NCBI GenBank assembly: GCA_035221665.1
Contig: CM069143.1
Span: 51,150,001-51,214,000 of the forward strand
Direction: 5' to 3'
Length of the DNA stretch: 64,000 nucleotides
Origin: Okamejei kenojei
Taxonomy: Eukaryota
Positions 37,671 to 49,437 of this stretch are shown here, piece by piece. The first letter of the stretch is position 1, and the number at the start of each line of letters is the position of its first letter. The translations under genes were made by a program, and so were the position numbers. Below the pieces are notes generated by a model. The model was not told the DNA's origin and searched no databases. It worked only from the letters and a program-made list of their open reading frames with translations.

Positions 37671-39525
37671 TGGCATCTTGAACATTCCCAGCAAAATGGG
37701 AATAGAGTTGAATAATAGTAATATTAAATGAGAACTTACCAGTTTGAAGTTTGATCTTTATTTTATGAGGAGTTACGGTGAGTGATTAAGTACAGAAGCC
37801 CCGCCAGAGCGCCTGCGCCTCAATCTTCAAAGCAGCGTCGTGAAATCACAGTAACTACAGTCGAAGTGATATAGTAAGACTCAGAAGACTAGAACTACCA
37901 GATGATCTTTGCGATTATGAGGGCCGGGAGCGGAGGGCACGTAATCGCTCACCGTAACTCCTCATAAAATAAAGATCAAACTTCAAACTGGTCAGTTCTC
38001 GTTTAATCTTACTATTTTACTTCGGAGTCACGTGAGTGATTCCGTGAAGATTTCAAAGCTCTGTGATTTCTTACCATAGATACAGTTCCATACGACACAC
38101 TGCTTCGGTTGACACAAGATAAACAAATATGTATTGAACATTGTTTAAATTATACAATGAACGTCTTAAACAATAAAAGAACAGTAATAACCCCTCTTTC
38201 GCAGGGGAAATTACAAAGGAGAACTCAAACAGAACCCAAAACAGCATGCCCAAATCCTTCCATTACGAGGACAGGTTTATCATAAATCGTGAAAAAGGTT
38301 CCTTCACTGGACCAGCCTGCGGTGAGGATTTGGTCTAAAGGCACGTCCTGCGCCTTTGCTGCGTACGTTGACGCCGCCCTGGTGGAGTGAGATTTACACA
38401 TCAGTGTTTACTCCAGCATAATGCAAACCTGTTTCGGCCATTTAGAAATAGTTTGTACTGACACCTTTGTATGAGGTTTGTGGCTGATGAGCATCGCTGT
38501 TTCAGAGCCTCTGAGACTCTTGGTGACCTTGATATATTGACTCAGGTGCATAACTATACATAGTCTCAGGTCAATGGGGCTTTAATAAGCTTTAAGTTTA
38601 TTTTGGTTCCAGCCAGTCCTGGAGCTGGTGAGAGGCCATATAATTAAATTGCTGGCCAGATTGTCATCCATACCTTCACCAGCTCCCGCCGGTATGGCAA
38701 AATTGCTGGCCAAATCCAGCACACATGGAGCATGACCACGTTGAGCGTTAACTTCTGGAAAGGCCAGAGATGGAATTGGAAGACCATTGCCGATGCAGTG
38801 TGAGAACTATGCTCACATCCCAGATTTCCGTATATCTATGTCTGGGAGGGTTTTTGTTAAAATACCTCTCATGAATCGGGCCACCAATAGATGAGATCCG
38901 ACAGAAGATCCCGACCCTTGCCCTAATAGGAGGACAAAGCACTTTGAGCACTATTAATGGCACTATAGCTTAAATTGCTCGTCAAAATGCAATGTAGCAA
39001 GGAACTCCAATACATCCGTATGCCTGCAGTATGATAAGATATATTTGACTGTAAACAAGAACATCTCCATTCTTAATATGAGATACATATCGTTTTATAG
39101 TACTATCTCTCCAGGCCACCGTAATCACATCCACGGTCCTACTAGATAGCCCGAGTCCCTGGAACAGTCTGATCAGAAGATACAATCAACAGATTTAATA
39201 CGATCATGTAAAAGGTGATTCCTCTCCTGTTCCAGGGTGAACCAACAAGTTGCTGCATTTGGGGATAGTCCATCAATGGCTGTGTCATCAGTCTCATAAC
39301 CAATGGAAACCATAGCTGTGTGGACCAGTTAGGAACTACCAAACCCCTAAAGCGTAGTCGTGCTCTATGTTGGTGAGACATTGACTGATGAGGCAGAATG
39401 GAAAAGCATAAGAACGTACGTCCCCAATGTAGCGAGAATGCATCCACCGCTACTGCCCCTGGATCTGGTTCCCATGAGACGTATTTAGGTAACTGGTGAT
39501 TTAGCCTGGGATGCAACAGACATAT

Positions 39526-39670
39526 TGTTAAAGAAGGAACTGCAGATGCTGGAGAATCCGAGGTTACACAAAAAGCTGGAGAAACTCAGCGGGTGCAGCG
39601 GGTGAACCATCCTTCGCTCCTTAGATGCTGCTGCACCCGCTGAGTTTCTCCAGCTTCTTGTGTGTAACCC
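39526..39670. mobile_element. Short inverted PLE-terminus insertion nested in the DIRS methyltransferase region
   Basis: Foldback arms; 14-bp TSD tgcaacagacatat at 39512-39525 and 39671-39684. Confidence 0.88.
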
Positions 39671-41000
39671 TGCAACAGACATATGTCTGGCAATCCATAT
39701 GGGCTGACAATCATTTTGAAAACTTTTGGATTCAGCATCCATTCTGTGTTGTCATTGAATTTACGTGACCTGGTGTCTGCCAATTTCACGTTATCTCTAC
39801 CTGGTAGGTAGATAGCTGAGACCCAGTTGTTTCTCGTAATGCATCAGTGGCCAGATGAAGTTAGCCAGATTGTCACATAATAATGACCTAATTCCACCCA
39901 TGTGATCGATATGCAACAGCTGTGGTATTGCCAATCTGACACTGCACATGCAAATAATACATTGTTGAGCAGAATGCTTTTAGGCCATATAATGTTATCC
40001 AGCAATTCTACGTAGTTTATCCCATGTCTCTGCAGGATTAATGCCTCTTCCACATTCCATCTGTCGCCACAGCGAGACTCGGTATCAGTGGTTCCCCCAT
40101 CCCGAAGCACTCACAACAGTTTGTCAACTGAAGGTTATTGAGTCAGAATGTCTCTTGTACATCGTGGAGGACATTAGTTATCCACCATCGCAACTTGGCG
40201 ATAGCTTGCTGACAACTGCCTTGATCTATTGAAATGACCTGCAAGTTCTTTTAGTGCTTGTTGTTTAGCTCGTTGCACATTCTGATAAGTGCAGAGGTCC
40301 GAACTGTACTGCAGGGAAAACCCACCACTAATTTACCAATAACACTGGTTACTCATCAGATGGAGGGTTTGTTTGTTCATCAACCAGATTCCTACAGGCC
40401 TTCATAATTTACAGTTTTTGGGCCATAGGCAAAGTAACTGACATGTTAGTTAAATCAATGATGAACCCCAAATAGCCAATCATTCTAGATGGTACTAATT
40501 TGGGATTTAATTAGATGGGTGAGGAACCTAACCTCTCAAACAGGTGGTTTGGTAACTGAACCCAATTCCTCAGCTGCTTCCTGAGTTTTACCTATGATCA
40601 GAAACATCATCCAAGTATGGTTTCAACAATTGGTTTCAACAATTTTGTAAATAACCTAGGGCTGAGGTTAACCCAATTTGCGCAAAACTTTAAATTGCCA
40701 CAGTTGTCTCATCCCAACTAAATTTCAAGTATCTACTGTATTGGTACTGAATAATATGCATCTTTCAGATCTATGGTTGCCATATAACACCTTTTTGATA
40801 CCAGTTTGCTTAGCAGTACTGAACGTTTTCCATTAAAAAAAATTTATACTGGACCTAAGAAGTTTAAGTCTGGTTAGGTCCAGAATGACTCGACACCCAC
40901 CATTGTTCTTTTGCCTGGGGAAATATTGGACACAAATTGTTGAGGCTGATATGCCATCCTTTCCATTACCCCCCTTTTGGAATAATATTCCAATTTCAAA

Positions 41001-41873
41001 GAGAGGAGAGGGGGTGCTGTCCCTGTATGGCTGCCAGTCCTGCAGCTGTCCGTTTTTTTCCACTTTTCATTATTTTTAGTACGTTAAAAGTGTTAGTTTG
41101 GGGGTCTAATCTTTTTATGTGAGGGGGTGGTGGGGGGAAGGGAGAAACTGCTTTTCTCAAGTCCCTACCTGGTTGGTAGAGGCGGCTTTCCTCGAGCAGC
41201 AACTTCGACCCGTCCTCATGGCCTAACCAGCTGGGGTCTAGAACAACGTTTTCTTGAGGTGACCTGGACAGAACCTTGGCTTCGGGGCAGTGCAGCGCTG
41301 GAGTGCTATCGCGGAGCGGAGCGGGTGATGCCTTGCCTGGGTCGCCGCGCTTGGAACTCCAGTATGCTGCGACCAGCCGATAAAAAAACATCGCGGAGCC
41401 GTGGGTCTGTGGAAGTGGCCAGCAGCGGTGGCGGTGCTGAACTTTACATTTGCGGAGCCTGGGATCTCTCGCCGAGATCGCCAGTGTGTGGAGCTCCATC
41501 CAGCACGGCCTGTTGGCGTGGAAGCCGCCGGTCTCCGGTAAGGAGGCGGCTGTTCCTGGCACCCCAAGCCGCTGAGAGGGTTCTAAACCGACGCCGGAGT
41601 ACCATCACCCCGGTGAGACAGCCGGGAACATCGGGCCTCCGTAGCGGCGACTGCGGAGGCCTCAATAGGCCTCGATTACTTTGGGTGGACATGGGGATGG
41701 GGACTGGACTTTGTGCCTTCCCCCATAGTGGGAACCATTGTGGGGGGATGTTTTTATGTTTTAATGTTAAATTTTCTTTAATGCTATGTTTATTTTTTAT
41801 TAATGTGCTGCAAGGACATCTGAATTTCCCCTGAATAAGGGGATTAATTAAAGTATTTGTTATGTTATGTTAT
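41001..41873 (+). mobile_element. GC/CpG-rich non-autonomous retroelement nested in the DIRS
   Basis: Homologous to 9417-10122; ends gggattaattaaagtattt followed by a (gttat)n tail, a Rex/Babar-like 3' end. Confidence 0.75.
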
Positions 41874-42017
41874 TTTATCATTCACCTCTGTAGAGTTTCT
41901 GGTATATAACTAGAGGATATATCCTGGACTAGTCTAGTACTTGTACCTTCCATGGTTGCTGGATTCCACGATCTCCTGGCCCTGTTTGGGGTGTGCATTA
42001 GAAGCGTGCCAATGTTT

Positions 42018-42104
42018 TTGTCCCTAGGTAAAGGACGTATCAGATATTAAACTGATAAGAACAGATGCTACACTTGATCTTAGGCCAAAACCCCGAAGAG
42101 CGAT
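42018..42104 (-). pseudogene. U2 snRNA 5' fragment (about nt 1-86), 3'-truncated
   Basis: Minus strand ATCGCTCTTCGGGGTTTTGGCCTAAGATCAAGTGTAGCATCTGTTCTTATCAGTTTAATATCTGATACGTCC matches the U2 5' end (ATCGCTTCTCGGCCTTTTGGCTAAGATCAAGTGTAGTATCTGTTCTTATCAGTTTAATATCTGATACGTCC). No Sm site or 3' domain. Confidence 0.92.
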
Positions 42105-44053
42105 ACATGTAGCTGGGGTCGCCCGCTTGGTCCTTGTGACCATGCACCATCGTCTCTAGTTCAATTACCCCTTCCCGTTCTGAAAGGGTATGGTTTTTGA
42201 GGCGGCATCCTGTCCTCAGGATGAGTTTTGATGAGGCTGACTGTTTTTGCCTCATCGTGCAGGTCATTTCCTGGATATTAGAGGATCTGTGCAAGGCTGT
42301 GAACCCGTGGGTTGAGCGTAGGCTTGATGGCTATTTCGTGAATAATTAATTTTCAAAATGGGCATTACACAGCAGGGTCTCATATCCTGCTGTGTTTTGA
42401 TAGTGGTGCCCTTTGTTACCATTTGCCCAAACACCATTATTCCTGCTCCAACCAGTTTTTTAGGACTTTCTACAGCCTCAACTCATGCGCCCTCTGGATG
42501 CGCCCCTTTAGAGCGATGCACAGTTACAGGTGTCTGATATCTCTTGCGAAGTTTCCTCCATTATGGAGTCCTGGAGCTGGTGAGAGGCCATATAATTAAA
42601 TTGCTGGCCAGATTGTCATCCATACCTTCACCAGCTCCCGCCGGTATGGCAAAATTGCTGGCCAAATCCAGCACACATGGAGCATAGCTCATGTGCTTTG
42701 GTGTATGCACATAAGCAGTGACACCAAACGTCAGGGTCAGATTCATACGGCCCTGGCTCTCCCAGCTCATGCTCACATGAGGTATCATGCAGCCCTTAAA
42801 AAGGCGCTGCTGTTATGGGTCCCCATGCAGACTCGTAGGCATATTATCCGTCATACGTGTGCTGCTCGTTTGCTATGCAGACCTCTGCTAGAGGTTGCTG
42901 AAAGCTGCTGGGGACCCTGGGGTATAAAATCCCGGCTGGAACACCTCCTGGTTGATCATTTTATCTGAGGTGTTCCACGTTATCCAAACGTCCCAACCTT
43001 TATTTTTGGAAGGGAAAAAGTCTTTCTGGCCTCACTCATCATAGTTGACAGGCCTGGACAATTTACTCTTGGCCTGCCTCCAGACAGGAGTTTCCACAGT
43101 GCTCTAAAGCACCGGAGTTGCTGCCGCTGGCTGAACTGCCGGCGGCTCTGAAGTCGGCGTCGCAAAGCCGGCGTTCACCCGCTGACCGCAGCCCCGCGGG
43201 TAGGTTTTACTTTATAGGCGACACACTCGTCTTATTTTCTCTGTTAATATTTTTTCCCTTTGGAAGAGCCCCTGCTGGCACCTGTAACCAACCTTACGGG
43301 ACCTAGTAAACCGCAGAACGTTTAAAACATTTACCTGCGGGTGTTTTACTTACCGCTGGTGGAACTGTGCTCTCCAGCCTGACGTAATGACGTGCAGGCG
43401 CTCTGGCAGGGCTTCTTCACGGAATCACTCACGTGACTCCGAAGTAAAATTCACTACGGGTGACCGCACTGGAGGAGAGAAAACCTTTCTCGAGATGACA
43501 TCTGGTTTAGTGTGTGGGGGGGGGGGGGGGGGGGGTGCAGGGTGCACAGTCACAGTCTATCATAGCTTGAACTTGGGGAAGCCTTTGGTGCTACTGCAGG
43601 CTGATGCAGAAACTGACTGATAGGACTGCCAGCATCTAATACATCTTGGTGAGCACTCAAGATCAATGAAACAAGAATCACAGTAATTTTCACTGCTGCA
43701 GGGAATGCATGGTCAGCTGGGACAGTGGACTGTAATTCACTGTGTAAAAATATCACTGACTGCCTAGTGAAGCACAACCTCCTGATGCGGGAAGTAGGCG
43801 GATCTGGGCTCTCAGGCCCCGAGAGGGAATATATCTGCAATTAGACCTTTAGCTTTACAGTGGCCCAACAGTTCCCATGCTGTTTCATGCCTGCACCACC
43901 AAGTGATTCTGCTTTTCCATTCACTACTCGAATCCTATTGATGTCACTGATTTTCAACGTAAATAATCTAAGGTCACTGATCTTTCCAGGTGAATGCTTC
44001 AAGCCAAATCACAAGAAGTGAAAAATAGGTGTAAAAATGTAGTAAATGCAGGG

Positions 44054-45364
44054 TACACAAAATGCTGGAGAAACTCAGTGGGTGCAGCAGCATCTATGGA
44101 GCGAAGGAGATAGGTAACGTTTCGGGCCGAAACCCTTTTTCAGACTGATGGGGGGTGGGGGGAGGTGGGGGGAGGCGGGGGAAGAAAGGTAAAAGGAGGA
44201 GGAGGAGCCCGAGGGCTGAGGGAGAGGTGGGAAGGTGAGGCGACAGCAAGGGCCAACAGAATTGAGAGAATTCAATGTTCATGCCAAGAGGATGCAGACT
44301 CTCCAAGCGGAATATGAGGTGCTGTTCCTCCAATTTGCGGTGTTGCTCACTCTGGCCGTGGAGGAGACCCAGGACAGAGAGGTCGGATACGGAATGGGAG
44401 GGGGAGTTGAAGTGCTGAGCCACCGGGAGGTCGGGTTGGTTATTGTGGACTGAGCGGAGGTGTTCGGTGAAACGGTCGCCAAGCCTCCGCTTGGTCTCAC
44501 CGATATAGATCAGCTGGCATCTAGAACAGCGGATGCAATAGATGAGGTTGGAGGAGGTGCAGGTGAACCTCTGTCGGACCTGGAAGGACTGCTTGGGTCC
44601 TTGAAAGGAGTGGAGGGGGGAGGTAAATCGACAAATGTAGCATCCCTTGCGGTTGCAAGGGAAAGTGCTCGGGAAAGGGGTGGAGCGGGAGGGAAGGGAA
44701 GAATTGACAAGGGAGTTGTGGAGGGAGCGGTCTTTGCGGAAGGCAGACAGGGGGGGGAGATGGGAAGATGTGGCAAGTGGAGGGGTCACGTTGGAGATGG
44801 CGAAACTGGCGGTGGACTATGTGTTGTATGTGCCGGCTGGTGGGGTGAAAGGTGAGGACCAAGGGGACTCTGCCCTTGTTGCGAGTGGGGGGATGGGGAG
44901 AGAGGGCAGTGTTGCGGGGTACGGAGAAGACCCTGGTGCGAGCCTCAACTATAGTGGGGGAAGGGAATCCCCGTTCTCTGAAGAATGAGGACATTTGTGA
45001 TGCCCTGGTGTGGAACACCTCATCCTGGGAGCAGATGCGGCACAGACGGAGGAATTGGGAATAGGGGATGGAGTCCTTACAGGAAGCAGGGTGGGAGGAA
45101 GAGTCCAGGTAACCGTGGGAGTCAGTGGGTTTATAATGGATGTCGGTCAGGAGTGTGTCCCCTGCAATGGAGATGGTGAGGTCAAGGAATGGTAGGGAAG
45201 TGTCGGAAATGGTCCAGGTGTATTTGAGTGCCGGTGGAAGTTGGTGGTGAAACGGATGAAGTTAGTCAGTTGTGTGTGGGTGCAGGAGGTGACACCAAAG
45301 CAGTCGTCGATGTAACGGAGGTAGAGGTCGGGGATGGGGCCCTGCTACGCCGCGAACAAGGATT
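44054..45364 (-). mobile_element. Penelope-like element, 5'-truncated (RT C-terminus, GIY-YIG endonuclease, terminal repeat)
   Basis: ORF 44094-44789 has NLIYCIRCSRCQLIYIGETKRRLGDRFTEH; ORF 44521-45018 has FFRERGFP and VPLVLTFHP; YLRYIDD at ~45307-45327; candidate TSD gta(a/c)atgcaggg. Confidence 0.93.
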
Positions 45365-45809
45365 GTACATGCAGGGAATTGATATGAACTAGATAAGGCA
45401 GAATGACTTGAAATCAGTCCTTGAAATGTGCCCCAAATGAATCCATAATTACTCTGTTTATCATTTCCTTCTTTCGTGACGATGGCTGTTGTATCAGTTA
45501 CTCAGCAGAATGATGGCAATGCAGACTGAATCTCTGGCTTGGAATTTGCTGCCTGCCAACTGCCATGATCTGGTATGATTTAAATCCCTCATAATGATCT
45601 GTAACAATTAGCGAATTCTAACAAAGATCTAATTAGGATCTCAAATTAATGAAGATCTGTATTAACCTGTACCTAATTAACCTACCACTGCAACTATTGT
45701 GATTTCATCCAACAGCAATCTCAGTTGACAATCCTTACGATTTAACAGAAACTTTGGGTTACAAACAGTTCCCAGGAAAATAATATTCACATAATCCGTG
45801 GAGTATCGA

Positions 45810-46110
45810 TACAATACAATTTGATAGAATTTTATTTATCCCAGGAGGGAAATTGATAAGCTAACAGTCATAAAACACAAGATACAGGAAACATGAAATT
45901 AAAGTGATGAGTGAAAAGGATTGGGATGTGCAAAGATTAGGGAGGGGAGGGTGGAGAGGGGGGAAGGGGAGTCAGTCTACCCCACGACAGAAGGAGGAGG
46001 AGTTGTACAGTTTGATAGCCACAGGGAAGAAGGATCCCCTGTGGCATTCTGTATTGCATCTTCGTGGAACCAGTTGGTTGTTTAAAGCACTCCTCAGGTT
46101 GACCAGTGTG
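45810..46110 (-). mobile_element. Rex1/Babar-like 3' end fragment
   Basis: Minus strand RQGILLPCGYQTVQL-type C-terminus (ggatccttcttccctgtggctatcaaactgtacaac) and gggataaataaa followed by a (ttgta)n tail. Confidence 0.55.
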
Positions 46111-46130
46111 TAAAGAACAGATTTCCTGCT

Positions 46131-46264
46131 TCTTCTTCTTGCCTATGGTGTGCACAGCCTAAAGTTGTAAGACAACTTGTTCTGTTTAATCTGTTTGTGC
46201 ACACCAGGTAGATTGCATTTGTTGAAATTGGGTGGACCACGTGAAGGTCACAATCTCCCACCCC
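46131..46264 (-). mobile_element. Vingi/Ingi-like ~135-bp SINE with a 5' HDV-like ribozyme fold, older copy
   Basis: Homologous to 49438-49577; (GAA)n tail; TSD agat(t/c)tcctgct at 46119-46130 and 46265-46276. Confidence 0.8.
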
Positions 46265-47534
46265 AGATCTCCTGCTCCGAGGAAGACGATCAGGAATAAT
46301 TTCTGTGTTCCAGCATTTACTGTGGTCCTGCACTGGTTGGGTCCAAAGAGTGCTGGATTAGAGAGTTTCATCCCTCATTTAGATAGTGAGGCAGTATCGA
46401 AAAATTAATCTGCAGCCTCTATTAGCCCCTAACATATTTTCTTTAACAGCGATATGTGTATGTCATCAGATGCCGATTTCTTATTTATTTCTTTGCAGAA
46501 AATTATTTTGTTACAGTTAGCTACCTCCATCCTTCCAGTTCCTCCCATATTTCTCAATGACACCATAATTTGCAAAGACCAATTGATATGTTATTTATTT
46601 AAATCTTCCGCTGTAACTTTATCTTCCAAAATTAATTCAACCTCAAATGCTCACTCTTTCTTCAACAATTCTGGTTATTTTTAGCTGTTTATTAAAGCCT
46701 TGGAGAACCAAGGAACTGTTTACAAAAAACAACTGGACACCGGTTTACAAAAAAAGACACAAAGTGCGGAGTAACTCAGTGGTCGGGCAGCATCTCTGAA
46801 GAACAGGGATAAGTGCCATTTTGGCTCGGTACCATTCTTGAGACATTGTGGTGATGGGACACGGGTGGCGAGGAGAAAGCTGAAAGGTGAGGGTAGGGGA
46901 GAAATAGGGACACGTCCAAGTAGGGCAGAGGGAAGAGAGCAGGTAGCTTCAATAGATAAGCTTCCCCTCCTCCTCCCCTTCCACATATATTCCTTTCACT
47001 GGCTTCACAATTTGTACCTCTTCTATCCTTGTCTCATCTTTTTGTTTACATCTCTGGCCTTCTTCCATCTGCGTATGAATCCCCTCTCCCCTTTGAGCAG
47101 CCTCTCTTTACTCCCAGCTTTTTTCACCCCCTTCGCCCCCAACTACAATCAGTCTGAAGAAGGGTCTCAACCTGAAACAACACCGATCCACATTCTCCAG
47201 AGATAGAAAATAGGTGCAGGAGGAGGCCATTCATTGTGATCATGGCTGATCATCCACAATCTGTAACCCATGCCTGCCTTCTCCCCATACCCCTTGATGC
47301 TGCCTGACCCTCTGAATTATTCTTGCATTTTGTGTCACATATTTAAAAAAATCCATGGTAATTTGCATTTGCCTGCCATTTTCTATTTAAACATCCTAAC
47401 CTTCCACTTTATGGTCCCAATGTGTTCCAGTAATGGTTCTCTTTTATTGCTCAGCCTTAGGTTTATTGGAAGCCTCTTCTCATTTTTAGTTTAGTTGTAA
47501 TGCCTTTATTTAATCATATAAAGTTCTGATCTCT

Positions 47535-47800
47535 AGTTTAATTTAGTTCAGAGATACCGAGCGGAAACAGGCACTTTGGCTCACTGGGTCTGCGCCACCC
47601 AGCGATCCCCGCATATTAAGACTATCCTACACACACTAGGGACAATTTTTACATTTACCAAGCCAATTTACCTACATACCTGTGCATCTTCGGTGTGTGG
47701 GAGGAAACCGAACTTCTTGGAGAAAACCCCAAGTGGCCTTGGGGAGAACGTACAAACTCCATACAGACTGCACCCCTACTGCTGCACCACCGTGCTGCCC
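47535..47800 (-). mobile_element. HE1-like V-SINE
   Basis: Minus strand gggcagcacggtggtgcagcagtag head, V-domain and CR1-like tail. Confidence 0.72.
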
Positions 47801-47929
47801 ATCATCTGATTTATCATATTTAAGTTACTTGCCATTACACATTTGGCATCCTGTAGATCCTATATTTAAATATTACTCTTTCCAGTGTCAATGTGCAGCT
47901 TATTAGGGTGGTGCCCACCAAAACTGTAA

Positions 47930-48575
47930 AGGGCCTGTCCGACTTAGGCAATTTTTTCAGCGACTGCCGACAACTGTCACAGTCGTAGCAGGTTGCCGTA
48001 AAAGTGGCGACTAGACCCCACCCCCCCCCCATGACAATGTTTACGACAAGCTACATCAACCTACCATCTGGTCGACGGCAAGCAAGCTACCGACAACCGG
48101 CGACCCATTAGGACTTCCACCTATGACCACACCAATGACAACCTACGATCACACAGGCGACAACCAAAGTCAACCTACATCTACCCGCGACAAGCTACAA
48201 CAAGCAACAACCCTGTTGGCAACAACTGAAGACAATTCAGTCGCCGGTACCTGTCGCCGGTTGACTTAGGCTGACGTAGGTAGTCCCAATGGAATTCACC
48301 AAGGTCAGCACCCGGCGACAACTAACATCGCCTGGTGACAAACTGTGTCATCCTGGCGCCAACCTACGACAGCACCTACGACAAGCTACGACAAGCCCAC
48401 TGTCTGCGAAAAGTTTTGAACATTTTAAAATCCAGCGGCGACCAGAAAAACATTATGTCTCTTTAGGCGACTTGAGGAGACTACTCACAACCATACAGGC
48501 ATCACCCCGCGACCATGTGGCGACAATCTAGTCGTCTGTAGTCGCCAAAAAAATCGTCCAAGTGGGACAGGGACT
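47930..48575. mobile_element. PIF/Harbinger-type MITE, same subfamily as 4432-5041 in opposite orientation
   Basis: TIRs agggcctgtccgacttagg / ccaagtgggacagggact; TAA TSD at 47927-47929 and 48576-48578; internal sequence is the reverse complement of the 4432 element. Confidence 0.9.
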
Positions 48576-49437
48576 TAAGGCTAAGAAATCTCGTGGAGTT
48601 GAGTTCTGGCTCTTACAATATCGTCTCCTCTGTTCCCAAGATCCACTTGACCCTTTATTGCAGCTCCATCCAGAAATCTGAAGTATGTTTTTCATGTGAG
48701 ATACTTAAAAATGCTTCTTTTTTATTATGAAAATTCCAGTTTTACCTTTTACATGGTAAGGTGAGACATGAATGATCTTAACTATTTATTCTAATGATCT
48801 TAAGAACGGAAAACTTAGTATTTATTCAGAATCCTTTTTGGGTGTTAAATTTGAAAGAAATACAAAGCTGGCTAGAAGGTAAGTGAATCATAGATTTCTT
48901 GCTGATTAGGTACATTGTCAGAGGAGTCAGGAAGGCTGATTCCTTCTGGATTTTGGCTTCAAATTTATTTTAGAAATATTCAAAACTGGAATACTCTTGG
49001 GATCTCCTGTTTTTTCCTTGTACCTTTAATGACCAATGATTAATCATTACGCATTAAAGAAAACTCCCTCTGCTTCTTAATGGATACATTCTGGAGGTGG
49101 GAAGAGCCAAGGGAAGGGTCTCTGCTATTTGAAATTTTCTTTTTGCTAGTTCAGTCGGGACCTAGTGTATAAAAGGTAGTTGGTTTGCTGAGTGAGTTAA
49201 GACATATCTTGCTGCTTAGAGACAAATTTGAGGAAAAAAGAATGCATGGACTCATAAAAGAAAGAAATTCTTGACAAAATATTTCAAAGATCCACCTTCT
49301 TACTCATAAAGCTCCAAGAGCCAAGGCATTAATGTTAACAGGGAATGTGGAGTAGATTTAAACAAGTGTCCCTATAGATAAGGTTCTCCACAAACTGGGG
49401 AGTTTTAATTTCACTGCATGCCTTTTAGATCCAAAAG

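Larger units (their letters stand above)
37717..43450 (-). mobile_element. Full-span but decayed DIRS-1-like tyrosine-recombinase retrotransposon
   Basis: Non-identical inverted termini, plus an internal complementary region (37941-38050) matching both ends. Minus strand: RT MATIDLKDAY (~40755-40785) and YLDD (~40605-40618), methyltransferase-like NHQLPKYVSWEPDPGAVAVDAFSLHW (39142-39516), recombinase SHSTRAAST (~38365-38393). Confidence 0.92.

Noticed and set aside
41127-41834. 235-aa ORF and overlapping long ORFs (also 9556-10093 and 60260-61133)
   Set aside because: Stop-poor GC-rich repeat DNA is open in several frames on both strands; there is no recognisable domain and the frames are not conserved among copies.
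42018-42104. Functional U2 snRNA gene
   Set aside because: It lacks the Sm site and 3' stem-loops, has substitutions in stem I and the branch-point-binding sequence, and sits inside a transposon.
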